Assembly (NCBI GenBank): GCA_964438045.1
Contig: CAYTIY010000001.1
Coordinates: forward strand, 132 to 64,131
Source: an uncultured Bacteroidales bacterium
GTDB lineage: Bacteria > Bacteroidota > Bacteroidia > Bacteroidales > UBA1402
Reading direction: 5' to 3'
Length of the DNA: 64,000 bases
Shown: positions 27,901 through 34,173 of the stretch, piece after piece
Layout of the letters: each line of letters opens with the position of its first letter
How positions within the stretch are numbered: the first letter of the stretch is position 1
The notes under the pieces: model-generated
The model's database searches: none
What the model was told of the DNA's origin: nothing
Seen by the model: the letters and a program-made list of their open reading frames with translations, nothing else
Program-made: the position numbers and the translations under genes

Positions 27901-30133
27901 AGTAGATACCAGCCACAATGTTGGCGGTTCCCGTTGATGCGCAACTTAATCCGTAAATAAAGTTGGCAGCAACCGTTGTGGCGGCTTCACCAGAGGGTTG
28001 GATACCGGCTACGTAGGCACCGGCGTCGTTGCGGGTCGTACCGTTGTATAAATTAGCGATGACGTTATCGGTGTAGGATTCGCCACTTTTACCCGATGAA
28101 TAAATCCCCACCAGAAACTGATTGTTGCCGGTGGCTGTCGAGGTACACTGTATGCTACGTGGCGTACTGATGCCGCCTATGGTGTTATCCTTAACTGTGA
28201 TGGAGTCAGGACTGAACTTACGAATACCGTAAAAGGAGTGGGCATTGGCTGGGTTGGTATTTTCCGCTGTCACGGAGCCGATGCCATTGTTGTGGATGGC
28301 GATGGATCCGGGTTGGTATTCGCACAGGATACCGTAAGAAGTGGCCGAGGTGGCGGACGATGTCAGTACCAAGGAACCCGTGCCTATGGTATCTCCGATG
28401 AAGTTGCCGACCTCCGAACCTATCTGGACAGCTGCTCCCGATACTTTGACACCGGTGAAAGGGGTGCTGCCTGAACTCTTGACCGTTAAATTGCGAATGA
28501 TGTTGCCTTGAATCGAACTGTTTACCGTTGTCCCGGCACGTATGCAGATGGGCGTCAGTGCAATATCCTTCAAACTGCTAGTTGTGCCAACCGTCATCAC
28601 GGCTCCTCCACACTGAGGTGCACGCCCGCCAATGTAATTATTGGAGAGGGTATACCCGCCTTGTCCAGATTGGTTGTAAATATAAATACCTGAATACTCG
28701 TAGGCTCCGTTCGGAACCAGGGTTGTTGTTTCGTAAAAGTTGTTTCCGGTCAGGTTCCAGGCCGAATTGGTTGGAGCTGACACGCCGGTTTCCCAACTGT
28801 TGAAATAGATGCTTCTGGAGGTGGCTGTGGCCGACCAGGTGTCGAAAAAGGCATTGTTGCTGACAACGTTGTTGGTGTTTGTCCAACCTTCCACGTACAA
28901 AGCAACAGGCCGCCTTGAGCCATTGTTTGTCAGCGCGTTGTTGGTCAGCGCATTGAACGAATTTGAGCCACTGCTGAGAAATGAGACGGTACCATTGGTG
29001 CCGTTGCTGTTGCCGCCGCCTTTGATCGTACAGTACGTAACTATATTGTGGCTGGCTCCATTGTTCAATTGCAAAGTAACAGCATTCCATCCATTGCTGG
29101 CATTGTTTAGAGTCAAGGCACTCGAGGACCCTGTTGCATTGAGACGGCCATCAACCGTAACATTGTCAGCGCCGTTCAGGTAGATGAGAGGACCGTCGAC
29201 GCTGCCCCCAATGGTGGCCCCCGGCACAATGGGATAAATCGTGAGATCGGTGTAATTGGTGCTAGCCTGGCCGCTTGCGTTAAGGGTGGCGGTTGCAGTC
29301 TCCGATGTGCTGCCCAAAACATTGATTGTCACAGCGTTGGCATGTGTACCTGCGTTAATAGCGTCAAACGCAGCCTTCAAGGTAAAATACCTGGCCTTTG
29401 ACGTACCCGATGTGGCTGTGACCAGGATGGGGGGCGGGCTGTATTCGATCCATCGGTTGTTGGTGCCTGAGGATACCTCCTGCCATTTATGAAAGTAGTT
29501 GCTCACACCGCTGTGGATGCCCAAATCGGCACCCGATTGACTGACATTGTCCGAACCAAAAAGCAGTACCACCTTGTTGGAGGTTTCATGAAATTGTACT
29601 TGGATATCAGCGTACAAATTGGAATTCCAATTGATCTCCAGATTTTGGTATTCAATAGTGAAAATCCGGTAAGGGGCTGTTCCTGTCACCGTTGAGCGTA
29701 CCCAACTACCAATGTCACTGACATTGCCATCATAAAGGCCCATGGCAATGATTTGCCCAAAACCGGTACTACTGGTGTTTAGCTCGTAGCTGCTGGCATC
29801 CGTATAACTTGTATTGGCTGTTCCATCCAACCGAATATACCCATTGGTACACACACTCAACAAATTGGAAGTCGTGTAGCTGTCTCCGTAAAATTCAAAG
29901 TTGAACGGCCAGGCTATCGTCGCTTGTGCGTCATCCAGGGAGACAATGCTGCTTCCGCCTGAACAATCAATCCAGTTGTAGGTAGTACCAAGGGTGCCTG
30001 TAGTTGTGGTGTAGTTCCAACTGGCAGAGGCGGCTTGTGCGATAAGTCCAAAGAAAAGGGCGGGTCCCAGCAGGAACAAGATACGGCAAAGGCGTCCACC
30101 TTCGGCGAGCGGTTTGGTCAGCGTGCGCAGCAT
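18980..30133 (-). CDS. Giant (about 3,717-aa) surface protein: NIDO/lectin-like N-domain, four ~700-770-aa parallel beta-helix modules, C-terminal region and T9SS sorting domain
   Basis: The minus-strand ORF is uninterrupted for 11.2 kb. The ATG is at 30131-30133 (MLRTLTKPLAEGGRLCRILFLLGPALFFGLIAQAASA); the track start at 30157 is TTG. Four modules each open with Y/F-x-x-LK-x-AFD-x-IN and end with PT(I/M)GA(W/L)E. The composition is rich in Thr/Ser/Gly/Asn. The C-terminal tail LMVYDLSGRVLKRHSMFGGERFELSLKQRGVYIVSLRSETAKYDVKVVY is typical of T9SS cargo. Confidence 0.85.
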   Translation of the reverse strand: MLRTLTKPLAEGGRLCRILFLLGPALFFGLIAQAASASWNYTTTTGTLGTTYNWIDCSGGSSIVSLDDAQATIAWPFNFEFYGDSYTTSNLLSVCTNGYIRLDGTANTSYTDASSYELNTSSTGFGQIIAMGLYDGNVSDIGSWVRSTVTGTAPYRIFTIEYQNLEINWNSNLYADIQVQFHETSNKVVLLFGSDNVSQSGADLGIHSGVSNYFHKWQEVSSGTNNRWIEYSPPPILVTATSGTSKARYFTLKAAFDAINAGTHANAVTINVLGSTSETATATLNASGQASTNYTDLTIYPIVPGATIGGSVDGPLIYLNGADNVTVDGRLNATGSSSALTLNNASNGWNAVTLQLNNGASHNIVTYCTIKGGGNSNGTNGTVSFLSSGSNSFNALTNNALTNNGSRRPVALYVEGWTNTNNVVSNNAFFDTWSATATSRSIYFNSWETGVSAPTNSAWNLTGNNFYETTTLVPNGAYEYSGIYIYNQSGQGGYTLSNNYIGGRAPQCGGAVMTVGTTSSLKDIALTPICIRAGTTVNSSIQGNIIRNLTVKSSGSTPFTGVKVSGAAVQIGSEVGNFIGDTIGTGSLVLTSSATSATSYGILCEYQPGSIAIHNNGIGSVTAENTNPANAHSFYGIRKFSPDSITVKDNTIGGISTPRSIQCTSTATGNNQFLVGIYSSGKSGESYTDNVIANLYNGTTRNDAGAYVAGIQPSGEAATTVAANFIYGLSCASTGTANIVAGIYSYHWGAGPLSAYNNVISLGEGLDGKNYTICGILSKSGASETYLHNTVYIYGTTTGTNANSVAFYKDGWSTDINLSGNLLINDRSGGTGTGKHMAIALNTTSGVVSNNNDLYVSGTNSALGWAYNATTYTTDTYTTLSSWQTGASLDATSLSADPVFEEEGGAYAEAYIPTEVLTATNSEGTTTTDYDGSERPAEPTIGAWELAALNTVEVYQNGIYKASFRRLKLAFDKINDGTYTGNLTVKLIGNSSENATAALNASGSGSASYTRVLVHPTIANLTVTGNLDAPLITFNGADNVTLDGRVDATGSEPSLTLTNTSTSASAVTVLFNNSTQQDTLRYCYVRGGGGSSTNGTIHFGASGINTANMVERCHITNNGTRRVNAVYAAGGTNTGHILLHNKLYDTWSTTTTSYGVNLGLGTSGWVLSGNSLYETTSFTPGGNYTYYGINLSNTSGHGFQLSGNAIGGQDMLCLGSPLQIGVSGTLRGLAFIPIYINTGTTTPTLLHGNIIRNLAIRSSATSPFFGIYLNNGSLDVGALAGNSIGDTVGIGSIQLTSTATSATSYGIYAVNTASTVIANNTIGSITTSSTNNANAHSFHAIYKGPTTGTLTIRNNYIGSPSKPESVLVSSSATGQSQTVYGIFSEGTDLVLIQGNTVGNVYNATTETTLSSKTYGIYVLSGRSRIIGNNIHDLTSNGSANGANYTNVSMTGIHVYASAYPHYIVQNQVGRLTSNTTSQVEFYGIYMTPSSSGNDTVAGNFVKGFKMLSESTTCYLHGISIHNTTGTFTGSLSAFNNIVFMGDSISKGCNIFGILKNTPKAFNLYHNTIHLGGVVSDGSTTTSYALRERTDGTPAQRDIRNNVFYNTRSGGGSNYALYLHGSSNLTIDYNDYGWSGTYFATINSGNLVTLQQWLETMAGQDTHSLILDPQFVNMGGVLPVDYKTNIGLDGIPGTGVSTDFGGLTRSAGSPTMGAWECFPVDVLNGSTYRSSYFTLKDAFDAINAGTWTGDLTIKLKGSTLETATAQLNASGTGSANYSSVLIHPIRSNVVVRGNLNGDIIRLNGADNVTFDGRVNTVGTTIDLTLTNLNTGSSANTVRLGESATQNKIQYCLLSGAGSGTSSAILHISTASTGEGNDNNIINNNRFTGLSTTLRPYNALLSQGTTGRTNSDNFVSNNTFVDTWRQASSANMVMLGAGSDYWMLTGNHFYETTAFTPTGAYIYSAVNLNNTAGGGHIVADNFVGGTLEQGLGNTMNVGVTSAAASFTAFQVNVGTDSVSSLQGNTVTNLNVVSASNQPFAAFYVTGGSVNLGTERGNIIGAMAGNGKIIVTSAASNASSAGIYVGGGGDVAVSNNTLGGITVTSSAGYAHNFYGIYGTGNAQLTVSDNTVGSNTTTQSVQTTSAATSQAQRLDALRYEGTGKWIVERNTVSNLYNASTYNNTGNQVVGIYKTGTGSAQIKGNFVDRLSLASASVSPSISGIWLQNGSSTCVNNVISLGGNITGYNLIYGIYELGVTDFSDTIAHNTVYLSGTVNGTGSQALTYAFIKYSDVGASYLLNNILYNARTGGNTSSRHYAISLSGISSLSAINGNDYYVPGGTNMLGRLGASNYTTVAAWRLATSKDAASISSNPGLLNAGGNSPLDYKTGGLLDGIPAGVLTDFGASERSMTAPTIGAWEYFLCVEIWTNNTKREAYTTLKSAFDDINSSAWTGDITVKILKSTYETATASLLASGSGPSYSRVRVYATRENIAVAGSMNAPLVLLQGADRVTIDGRVNAIGSTPGLTFTNISTGTNASTIKLAESAQQDTLQYCILKGAGQGTATGLVHLGTSSTGTGNVGNVVRYNQITGLNSSERPLNAVYSAGTVGRTNNATQIVDNAFFDLLIPGVSSNVIYLSTNTTDFTVSGNSIYNTLTQSVPVACEYALIRIDNTTGQGFQVINNFLGGQAPGAVGTWSKIGQATTFYGVYLNVSTATATSLQGNTFRGFNFNNTGAADMVGVHVAGGTVNVGSTTGNVFGAPTGTGSITLTNSGSDAAFYGVRIQGSGTVTCNNNTVGSVTAANSTPANATNIYGISKAAVSGNLTVSNNVIGSSTTPNSVQATSEAYNTNQLVYGLYSLGTGTNVFSGNTLANIGNKTVETIKASKLVGMYIGAGSNTIQNNTLINLTSGGSANGAQGANAPVIGLLLSTTTAGQQVTGNTISKMQNTSTAKVYVYGLYYAGPTSGTNVLATNFINRMLLPLAPPESVVYGMSMQQGTASVYNNIIAIGDSLAKGMTLYGLQNASNSTLTIFHNTLYIGGTVAAASSSTYAFGNESTGTHTIRNNIMANHRSGGGKHYAILLTGTSGLTINYNDYWAGGVNGILGRLSTDRSTIAAWRSATGQDLNSLNLNPDFILPGSTMPVDYTPTVTLDALAGLVNIDYVGTVRATPPTMGALEFSGYYWTGTLDTDWSKPGNWMPHYVPTSLIRANIPQRINQPLINNGVQAAASTLVIYAGAVVTINGGGALTVASNVVNNAGETGLVINSTASGTGSFICNQDGIYATVRRYINGEMATDTAAWHLLSTPVAAQPIQGTVWTPAGQYGDGTAYDLFVWDEPSASWIYNLNTTTPDYTTWTVAHPSATFVPGRGYLYSLYDSIATPAFSGYLNNGLVNYALTKDGAGSQSGFHLVGNPYPSSIDWKAASGLTRTALDATSGGYDLWMWSSISNNYGVYNSIEPDDLGTLSASRYIAPMQGFFVKAASAGQLGFANEARVHESASAWLRSSDATASGAVRLTVASLDGLGKDEVKLSFGFSTNDKGTGKLFSYVQTAPSLYLPLRNQPYTIRRMTTPEANGKTPVAFKPGVEGRYTLQVRFDAALTNTVILEDKLTGTFHDFAEFPVYTFTAASSNPVNRFVLHYGSIQPEDKPSLADIFVKGENLVVDLNKLKDDYTLMVYDLSGRVLKRHSMFGGERFELSLKQRGVYIVSLRSETAKYDVKVVY
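20609..29389 (-). repeat. Four tandem, diverged, in-frame coding repeats (about 2.1-2.3 kb each) inside the giant gene
   Basis: Module starts were mapped from the DNA: YFTLKAAFDAIN at aa 257 (nt 29389), FRRLKLAFDKIN at aa 972 (27244), YFTLKDAFDAIN at aa 1739 (24943) and YTTLKSAFDDIN at aa 2440 (22840). The last module ends at MGALEFSG (about nt 20609). Amino-acid numbers are relative to the track start at 30157. Confidence 0.8.
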
Positions 30134-30207
30134 CTTGTTTATCCTATTCACTATCAACTCTTTATATTAACATATTACCCATATGGGCAAGGTATCACTA
30201 CCAACAC

Positions 30208-30215
30208 CAAAGGTA
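30208..30215 (-). promoter_or_regulatory. Candidate -7 promoter box (TACCTTTG) for the giant gene
   Basis: The plus-strand caaaggta lies 75-82 nt upstream of the ATG at 30133. Confidence 0.35.
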
Positions 30216-30278
30216 AGACACACATTTCAAAGCCTTTGTGCATCAGTCAGAGCAAAAAGTAACAGGCAGAGCTAAACC

Positions 30279-30309
30279 AAGGATACAAAAAGGAAGCAAT
30301 CAAGTATCC
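30279..30309 (-). promoter_or_regulatory. Copy of the 16-mer aaggatacaaaaagga plus an inverted GTATCC half-site (candidate activator site)
   Basis: 30279-30294 is identical to 18941-18956. gtatcc at 30304-30309 forms an inverted repeat with ggatac at 30281-30286. Confidence 0.45.
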
Positions 30310-30326
30310 GACTTGAAAGTAAGGGC

Positions 30327-31157
30327 TTAAAACGAAGAAATATAGCCCACCAGGTTCTCATCATTGCCCAGGTTCAATTTCTTCCTCAGCCTGGTCCTGG
30401 CAATCCGGACGCTGTCGTACGTTTGAAACGTCATGCCCGAGATTTCCTTGGTAGAGAGATTCATACGCAAATACAAACACAACTTCATCTCGGCTGGAGT
30501 CAGATTGGGATGTTTTTCACCCAAATTCCTGAAAAATTGCTGGTCCGTATCCTTGATGCGTTGCTCTACTTGATTCCAGGATGACGTTGTTCCTTCTGAA
30601 TTAATGTCCCTGATCAAACGATCAATATTCTCAACCAACAAAGAAGGGTCGGAATTAAAACTGCTTTTCAACTGCCTGAGTTCGTTGACCACTTTGTTGC
30701 GAAACTCTTCGCTTTGAACCTTTTGCATTGACATGGCTACAGCTTCCCGTCTCTGTGCTTCAATCATCTTGTTGTAGTAGTCCCTTACCGAGAGTACGGA
30801 TTTCACACGTGTCAAGAGCTCGACATTGTCAAATGGTTTCCGGATAAAGTCAACCACACCAGCCTGAAATGCCTTTTCCAGGTAATCCTTTTCTGAATAA
30901 CACGTAATCATGATGACGGGTATGGAAGCGGTGGCCTCATCTTCCTTTAAAATCTCAACAGCCCTTACGCCGTCAATGCCGGGCATTTGCCAATCCATCA
31001 GTATCAGGTCAGGATTGGTCTCTCTGGCCTGCTTGATGGCTGAAGTACCATCAAACGCAACCATCAGTTCGCAATCCATCTTTCGCGACAGCACAATAGA
31101 AACCAATGAAACCGCATGAGGGTTGTCATCAACGACCAGGATTCGATTTTTTGGCAT
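30327..31157 (-). CDS. Response regulator: receiver domain, coiled linker and C-terminal LuxR/GerE-like HTH
   Basis: The receiver is intact (ILVVDDNPHAV..., DLILMDWQMPGIDG, VIMITCYS, FIRKPF). The C-terminal HTH is LTPAEMKLCLYLRMNLSTKEISGMTFQTYDSVRIARTRLRKKL. The start was moved to the ATG at 31155-31157. Confidence 0.75.
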   Translation of the reverse strand: MPKNRILVVDDNPHAVSLVSIVLSRKMDCELMVAFDGTSAIKQARETNPDLILMDWQMPGIDGVRAVEILKEDEATASIPVIMITCYSEKDYLEKAFQAGVVDFIRKPFDNVELLTRVKSVLSVRDYYNKMIEAQRREAVAMSMQKVQSEEFRNKVVNELRQLKSSFNSDPSLLVENIDRLIRDINSEGTTSSWNQVEQRIKDTDQQFFRNLGEKHPNLTPAEMKLCLYLRMNLSTKEISGMTFQTYDSVRIARTRLRKKLNLGNDENLVGYISSF

Positions 31158-31236
31158 AGAATGAGATAAACATGAAAAATATAGGGTGAAGATAGCTGAA
31201 AATCCACTTACTATCAAACTTTTCCTTTCATTTTTT

Positions 31237-31244
31237 TATCTTTG
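31237..31244 (+). promoter_or_regulatory. Candidate -7 promoter box (TATCTTTG) for the kinase / response-regulator operon
   Basis: tatctttg lies 24 nt upstream of the ATG at 31268. Confidence 0.35.
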
Positions 31245-31267
31245 CTTTACCAAACGCCACACCAACC

Positions 31268-32365
31268 ATGCAACCGCTTCCCAATATTCTCATCGTAGAT
31301 GATAATTCGACCAATATCCTATACCTTGAGATCATTTTAAGAAACATCAAAGCCAATTTGATCAAGGCGCTGTCGGGGCCAGAGGCCCTTACGTTGTCTC
31401 AAGGGGTTGACTTGTCGTTGGCCATACTCGATGTCCAAATGCCTGTCATGAACGGGTACGAACTGGCCATTCTGCTAAATGAGGACCGAGTTGAGAACAA
31501 GGTTCCCATCATATTTCTCACGGCAAACTTTCCCGAAAGCTCACGCATTCTTGAGGGTTATAAAGCAGGTGCGGTGGATTACATCATCAAGCCTGTCAAT
31601 GAAATCATCCTGACCAGCAAGATCAAGGTCTTCCTGGAACTCTATTGGCAAAAGAGCCGTGTGGTTGAAAATACGGAAAAGCTCATAGCCTCGGAAGCAG
31701 AACTGCTTGAAGCCAAAAAGCAGCTTGAACAGATGAACGAATACCTGATCATGGCCATCGAACAGGAGCGAACATCCATTTCATTGCAGGTTCACGATGA
31801 GTTGGGACAAGCTATGACCGCCTTCAAAATGGACTTGAGCTGGTTGCGACAAAACATCCGGAACACAGAGGCAGCCGTTGATAAAATCGAGCGGATGGTT
31901 CATATGACCAACGATGTGATCCGTAAAGTCCAACGCATTTCGTCTGAATTGCATCCGGGATTGCTGGATGATTTGGGACTTGTTCCTGCCATCGAGTGGT
32001 ACTGTCGTGAGTTTTCAGAGCGTACAGACATTGTTTGTGATCTGGATCTGGTAGAGAACGAGCAGATTTCCTCCGATGTAAACCTGGCCTTGTTCCGTAT
32101 CTTTCAGGAATCCATGACCAATGTCATCCGGCATGCGGGAGCCTCAATGGTATCCATTCAACTCGGCCATTCGCCACAGACTACCCTGACTATCGCAGAC
32201 AACGGAATTGGCATAGCGCCCGATAAGATATCATCGGGAAAATCTTTTGGCATTCTAGGCATGCGTCAACGGATCAACAAATGCGGGGGCATGGTTGACA
32301 TCACCGCCACAGAAGGAAAGGGAACCACAGTAACAGTAACCATTCCCAATACGTCACAATTATGA
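31268..32365 (+). CDS. Cytoplasmic histidine kinase with N-terminal receiver domain (REC, coiled coil, HisKA_3, HATPase_c)
   Basis: The receiver is ILIVDDNSTN...LAILDVQMPVMNGYE...IIKPV. The H-box is SLQVHDELGQAMTAF. ATPase motifs are ESMTNVIRHAGAS, DNGIGI and GILGMRQR. No transmembrane segment is present. Confidence 0.8.
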   Translation: MQPLPNILIVDDNSTNILYLEIILRNIKANLIKALSGPEALTLSQGVDLSLAILDVQMPVMNGYELAILLNEDRVENKVPIIFLTANFPESSRILEGYKAGAVDYIIKPVNEIILTSKIKVFLELYWQKSRVVENTEKLIASEAELLEAKKQLEQMNEYLIMAIEQERTSISLQVHDELGQAMTAFKMDLSWLRQNIRNTEAAVDKIERMVHMTNDVIRKVQRISSELHPGLLDDLGLVPAIEWYCREFSERTDIVCDLDLVENEQISSDVNLALFRIFQESMTNVIRHAGASMVSIQLGHSPQTTLTIADNGIGIAPDKISSGKSFGILGMRQRINKCGGMVDITATEGKGTTVTVTIPNTSQL

Positions 32366-32991
32366 ACATCCTGATTGCAGACGATCACGCCATTGTACGT
32401 GAAGGGGTCAAACAAATTGTTCGCGGACTCCCTGAGGTAAAACTGATTGAAGAAGTCTCTGATGGAAACGAGGCCTTTTCAAAAATATGTTCCACTTCTT
32501 ACGACATTGTTATTCTGGACATTTCGATGCCTGGAATGACAGGCTTGGACATCCTGCAACGCATGAAAGACAGGAATATAAAAGCCAGGGTGCTGATATT
32601 CAGCTTCTATCCACAGGAACAGTACGCCATTCGCGCCTTCAAACTAGGGGCATCCGGTTACCTATCAAAAGACAGTGCCTTTGATGAACTGGCTACGGCA
32701 ATCCGAAAAATTGCTTCGGGTGGCAGGTATGTCTCTGCCGCCTTGGCCGAACGTCTGATCTTTCATGATTCGGAACGGGAGGACAAACAACCTCACGAAG
32801 CTTTATCCGAAAGGGAATTTCAGATTATGATGCTGTTGGCCAGGGGCAAATCCGTGACGGAGATTTCTCATGCCCTATTTCTATCAGACAAAACAGTCAG
32901 CACGTACAGAACCCGGCTTTTGGAAAAGATGAACCTGAAAACCAACGCCGATCTGACCATGTATGCCATTAAGAATAAATTGATTGAGTAA
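32362..32991 (+). CDS. NarL/FixJ-family response regulator (REC plus LuxR HTH)
   Basis: Motifs are MNILIADDHAIVREG, IVILDISMPGMTG, GASGYLSK, and the HTH LSEREFQIMMLLARGKSVTEISHALFLSDKTVSTYRTRLLEKM. Its start overlaps the kinase stop as ATGA. Confidence 0.85.
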   Translation: MNILIADDHAIVREGVKQIVRGLPEVKLIEEVSDGNEAFSKICSTSYDIVILDISMPGMTGLDILQRMKDRNIKARVLIFSFYPQEQYAIRAFKLGASGYLSKDSAFDELATAIRKIASGGRYVSAALAERLIFHDSEREDKQPHEALSEREFQIMMLLARGKSVTEISHALFLSDKTVSTYRTRLLEKMNLKTNADLTMYAIKNKLIE

Positions 32992-33011
32992 TACTGACAT
33001 ATATCCATTTT

Positions 33012-33029
33012 TGTAGGGATTCCCCTACA
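33012..33029 (+). terminator. Weak stem-loop after the response-regulator gene
   Basis: tgtaggg (33012-33018) pairs with ccctaca (33023-33029) around a 4-nt loop, followed by TCATTTTCC. Confidence 0.25.
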
Positions 33030-33094
33030 TCATTTTCCGTATTTCCGTCATATAAACAGCCCACTCCCTTTCACACATAGGAAAACGCCCTCTC

Positions 33095-33102
33095 TATCTT
33101 TG
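33095..33102 (+). promoter_or_regulatory. Candidate -7 promoter box (TATCTTTG) for the orphan subunit gene
   Basis: tatctttg lies 30 nt upstream of the ATG at 33133. Confidence 0.35.
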
Positions 33103-33132
33103 GGATATCAGAACCACCTAAATCCCAAAGTT

Positions 33133-33639
33133 ATGAAAACAAAAGTAACACTGCTGACAGTAGCCGCTCTGGTTACGTTGGCGCTTGGGGCTCTCTCACA
33201 GACCACAGCCACGGGGCATGTTTCCGTAACCATCGTGTCCCCCATCTCAATTGCAAAGGTACAGGATATGAACTTTGGGCATGTATCCGTTGAATCGGGT
33301 GCAGGTACCGTCACACTTTCTCCTGAAAGCAAGGATCGTTTTGCCTCAGGCAACGTTGAATTGATGGACGGTGGCGACATTTCTGTGGCGGCTTTCACCG
33401 TAAAGGGCTATCAGGGTGCCACATTTTCGATTTTGCTACCTACTTCACCCATCGTCATCAACAATGGCAATAAGAACATGATGGTTACTGATTTCACCAG
33501 TACACCAAACGGATTCAGTGATCTGACAGACGGATCCAGGAACGTTTACGTAGGAGCCACATTGGTCGTAACCGGAGATCAACAACTGGGCGAATACGCA
33601 TCCTCCACTCCTTTTCCAGTAACCGTGAACTACAATTAA
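33133..33639 (+). CDS. DUF4402/SCPU-like secreted subunit paralog (orphan copy inside the regulator block)
   Basis: It has a signal peptide (MKTKVTLLTVAALVTLALGALS), the MNFGHVS motif, GTVTLSPESKDRFASG, AAFTVKG, and the C-terminus VGATLVVTGDQQLGEYASSTPFPVTVNYN-stop. The ATG is at 33133; the track start at 33100 is TTG. Confidence 0.65.
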   Translation: MKTKVTLLTVAALVTLALGALSQTTATGHVSVTIVSPISIAKVQDMNFGHVSVESGAGTVTLSPESKDRFASGNVELMDGGDISVAAFTVKGYQGATFSILLPTSPIVINNGNKNMMVTDFTSTPNGFSDLTDGSRNVYVGATLVVTGDQQLGEYASSTPFPVTVNYN

Positions 33640-33642
33640 GAC

Positions 33643-34071
33643 ATGGCACAGGTTACATTCACAAACACACTAATCGACACTCCCATGAAAATATTAATAG
33701 CAGACAGCCTTTCCATCATCCAGGATAGCATCAAGAAGATCCTGCCGTCACTATCCGTCAGAGCGGATGTGGACGAGGTGTCCGATGGAACCGACGCTCT
33801 CAGGAGAGTAGAATCTGGAGAATACGACATTGCCATCTTGGGTGATCAAATTCCGGGAATAAACGGAATAGGCATTCTTGAACACATCAAAGGCAAAAAG
33901 GGAAAAACCCGAATGTTCATTTTTACAGAACATCCAAAAGGACAAACCGCTTATCAGGCGTTCAAACTGGGCGCATCGGGTTATCTCTCGATGTTTAGCG
34001 CTTTCAACGTGCTGGATATGGCGTTGCACGATATTGCCTCGGGCGATGGATATGAGATCCCTGAATCGTGA
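33643..34071 (+). CDS. Stand-alone degenerate receiver domain (paralog of the 32362..32991 receiver, no output domain)
   Basis: It aligns by eye with the neighbouring NarL-type receiver (FKLGASGYLS shared). However, DD becomes DS, the phospho-acceptor context LDISMPG becomes LGDQIPG, and YLSK becomes YLSM. It ends right after the receiver fold. Confidence 0.6.
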   Translation: MAQVTFTNTLIDTPMKILIADSLSIIQDSIKKILPSLSVRADVDEVSDGTDALRRVESGEYDIAILGDQIPGINGIGILEHIKGKKGKTRMFIFTEHPKGQTAYQAFKLGASGYLSMFSAFNVLDMALHDIASGDGYEIPES

Positions 34072-34134
34072 TCTCCGTCCGACCGAGACATTTTTGACTT
34101 AGATTTACTAGGTGGTTTTTGGTTTTTAAAAGAG

Positions 34135-34166
34135 GAAAGCCGATGGAGTGGTTACCATCGGCTTTC
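34135..34166. terminator. Bidirectional stem-loop terminator between convergent genes
   Basis: Perfect 12-bp inverted repeat gaaagccgatgg (34135-34146) / ccatcggctttc (34155-34166) with an 8-nt loop. T-rich runs flank it on both strands. Confidence 0.6.
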
Positions 34167-34173
34167 TCACGTT

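Noticed and set aside
20609-29389. Whether the four ~2.2-kb repeats represent a CRISPR-like array, a recent duplication or an assembly collapse.
   Set aside because: The period is kilobases and the copies are strongly diverged (motif-level identity only). They stay in one reading frame and differ in length (701-767 aa). These are ancient intragenic domain repeats.
19232-29695. About 25 plus-strand ORFs of 60-234 aa (for example 23690-24394, 20495-20905, 26726-27124), plus several out-of-frame minus-strand ORFs, all inside the giant gene.
   Set aside because: All lie within a single 11.2-kb minus-strand ORF that has coherent modular repeats, a signal peptide and a T9SS tail. Their products are low-complexity and have no recognisable motifs. 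The similarity between some of them (22497-22709 versus 26898-27110) simply mirrors the sense-strand repeats.
33004-33019. A third copy of the shared promoter motif (tccatttttgtaggga) upstream of the orphan subunit gene.
   Set aside because: It matches only with a 1-nt gap and about 11 of 16 positions. It also overlaps the stem-loop at 33012-33029. I kept it only as a weak remark and not as a called site.
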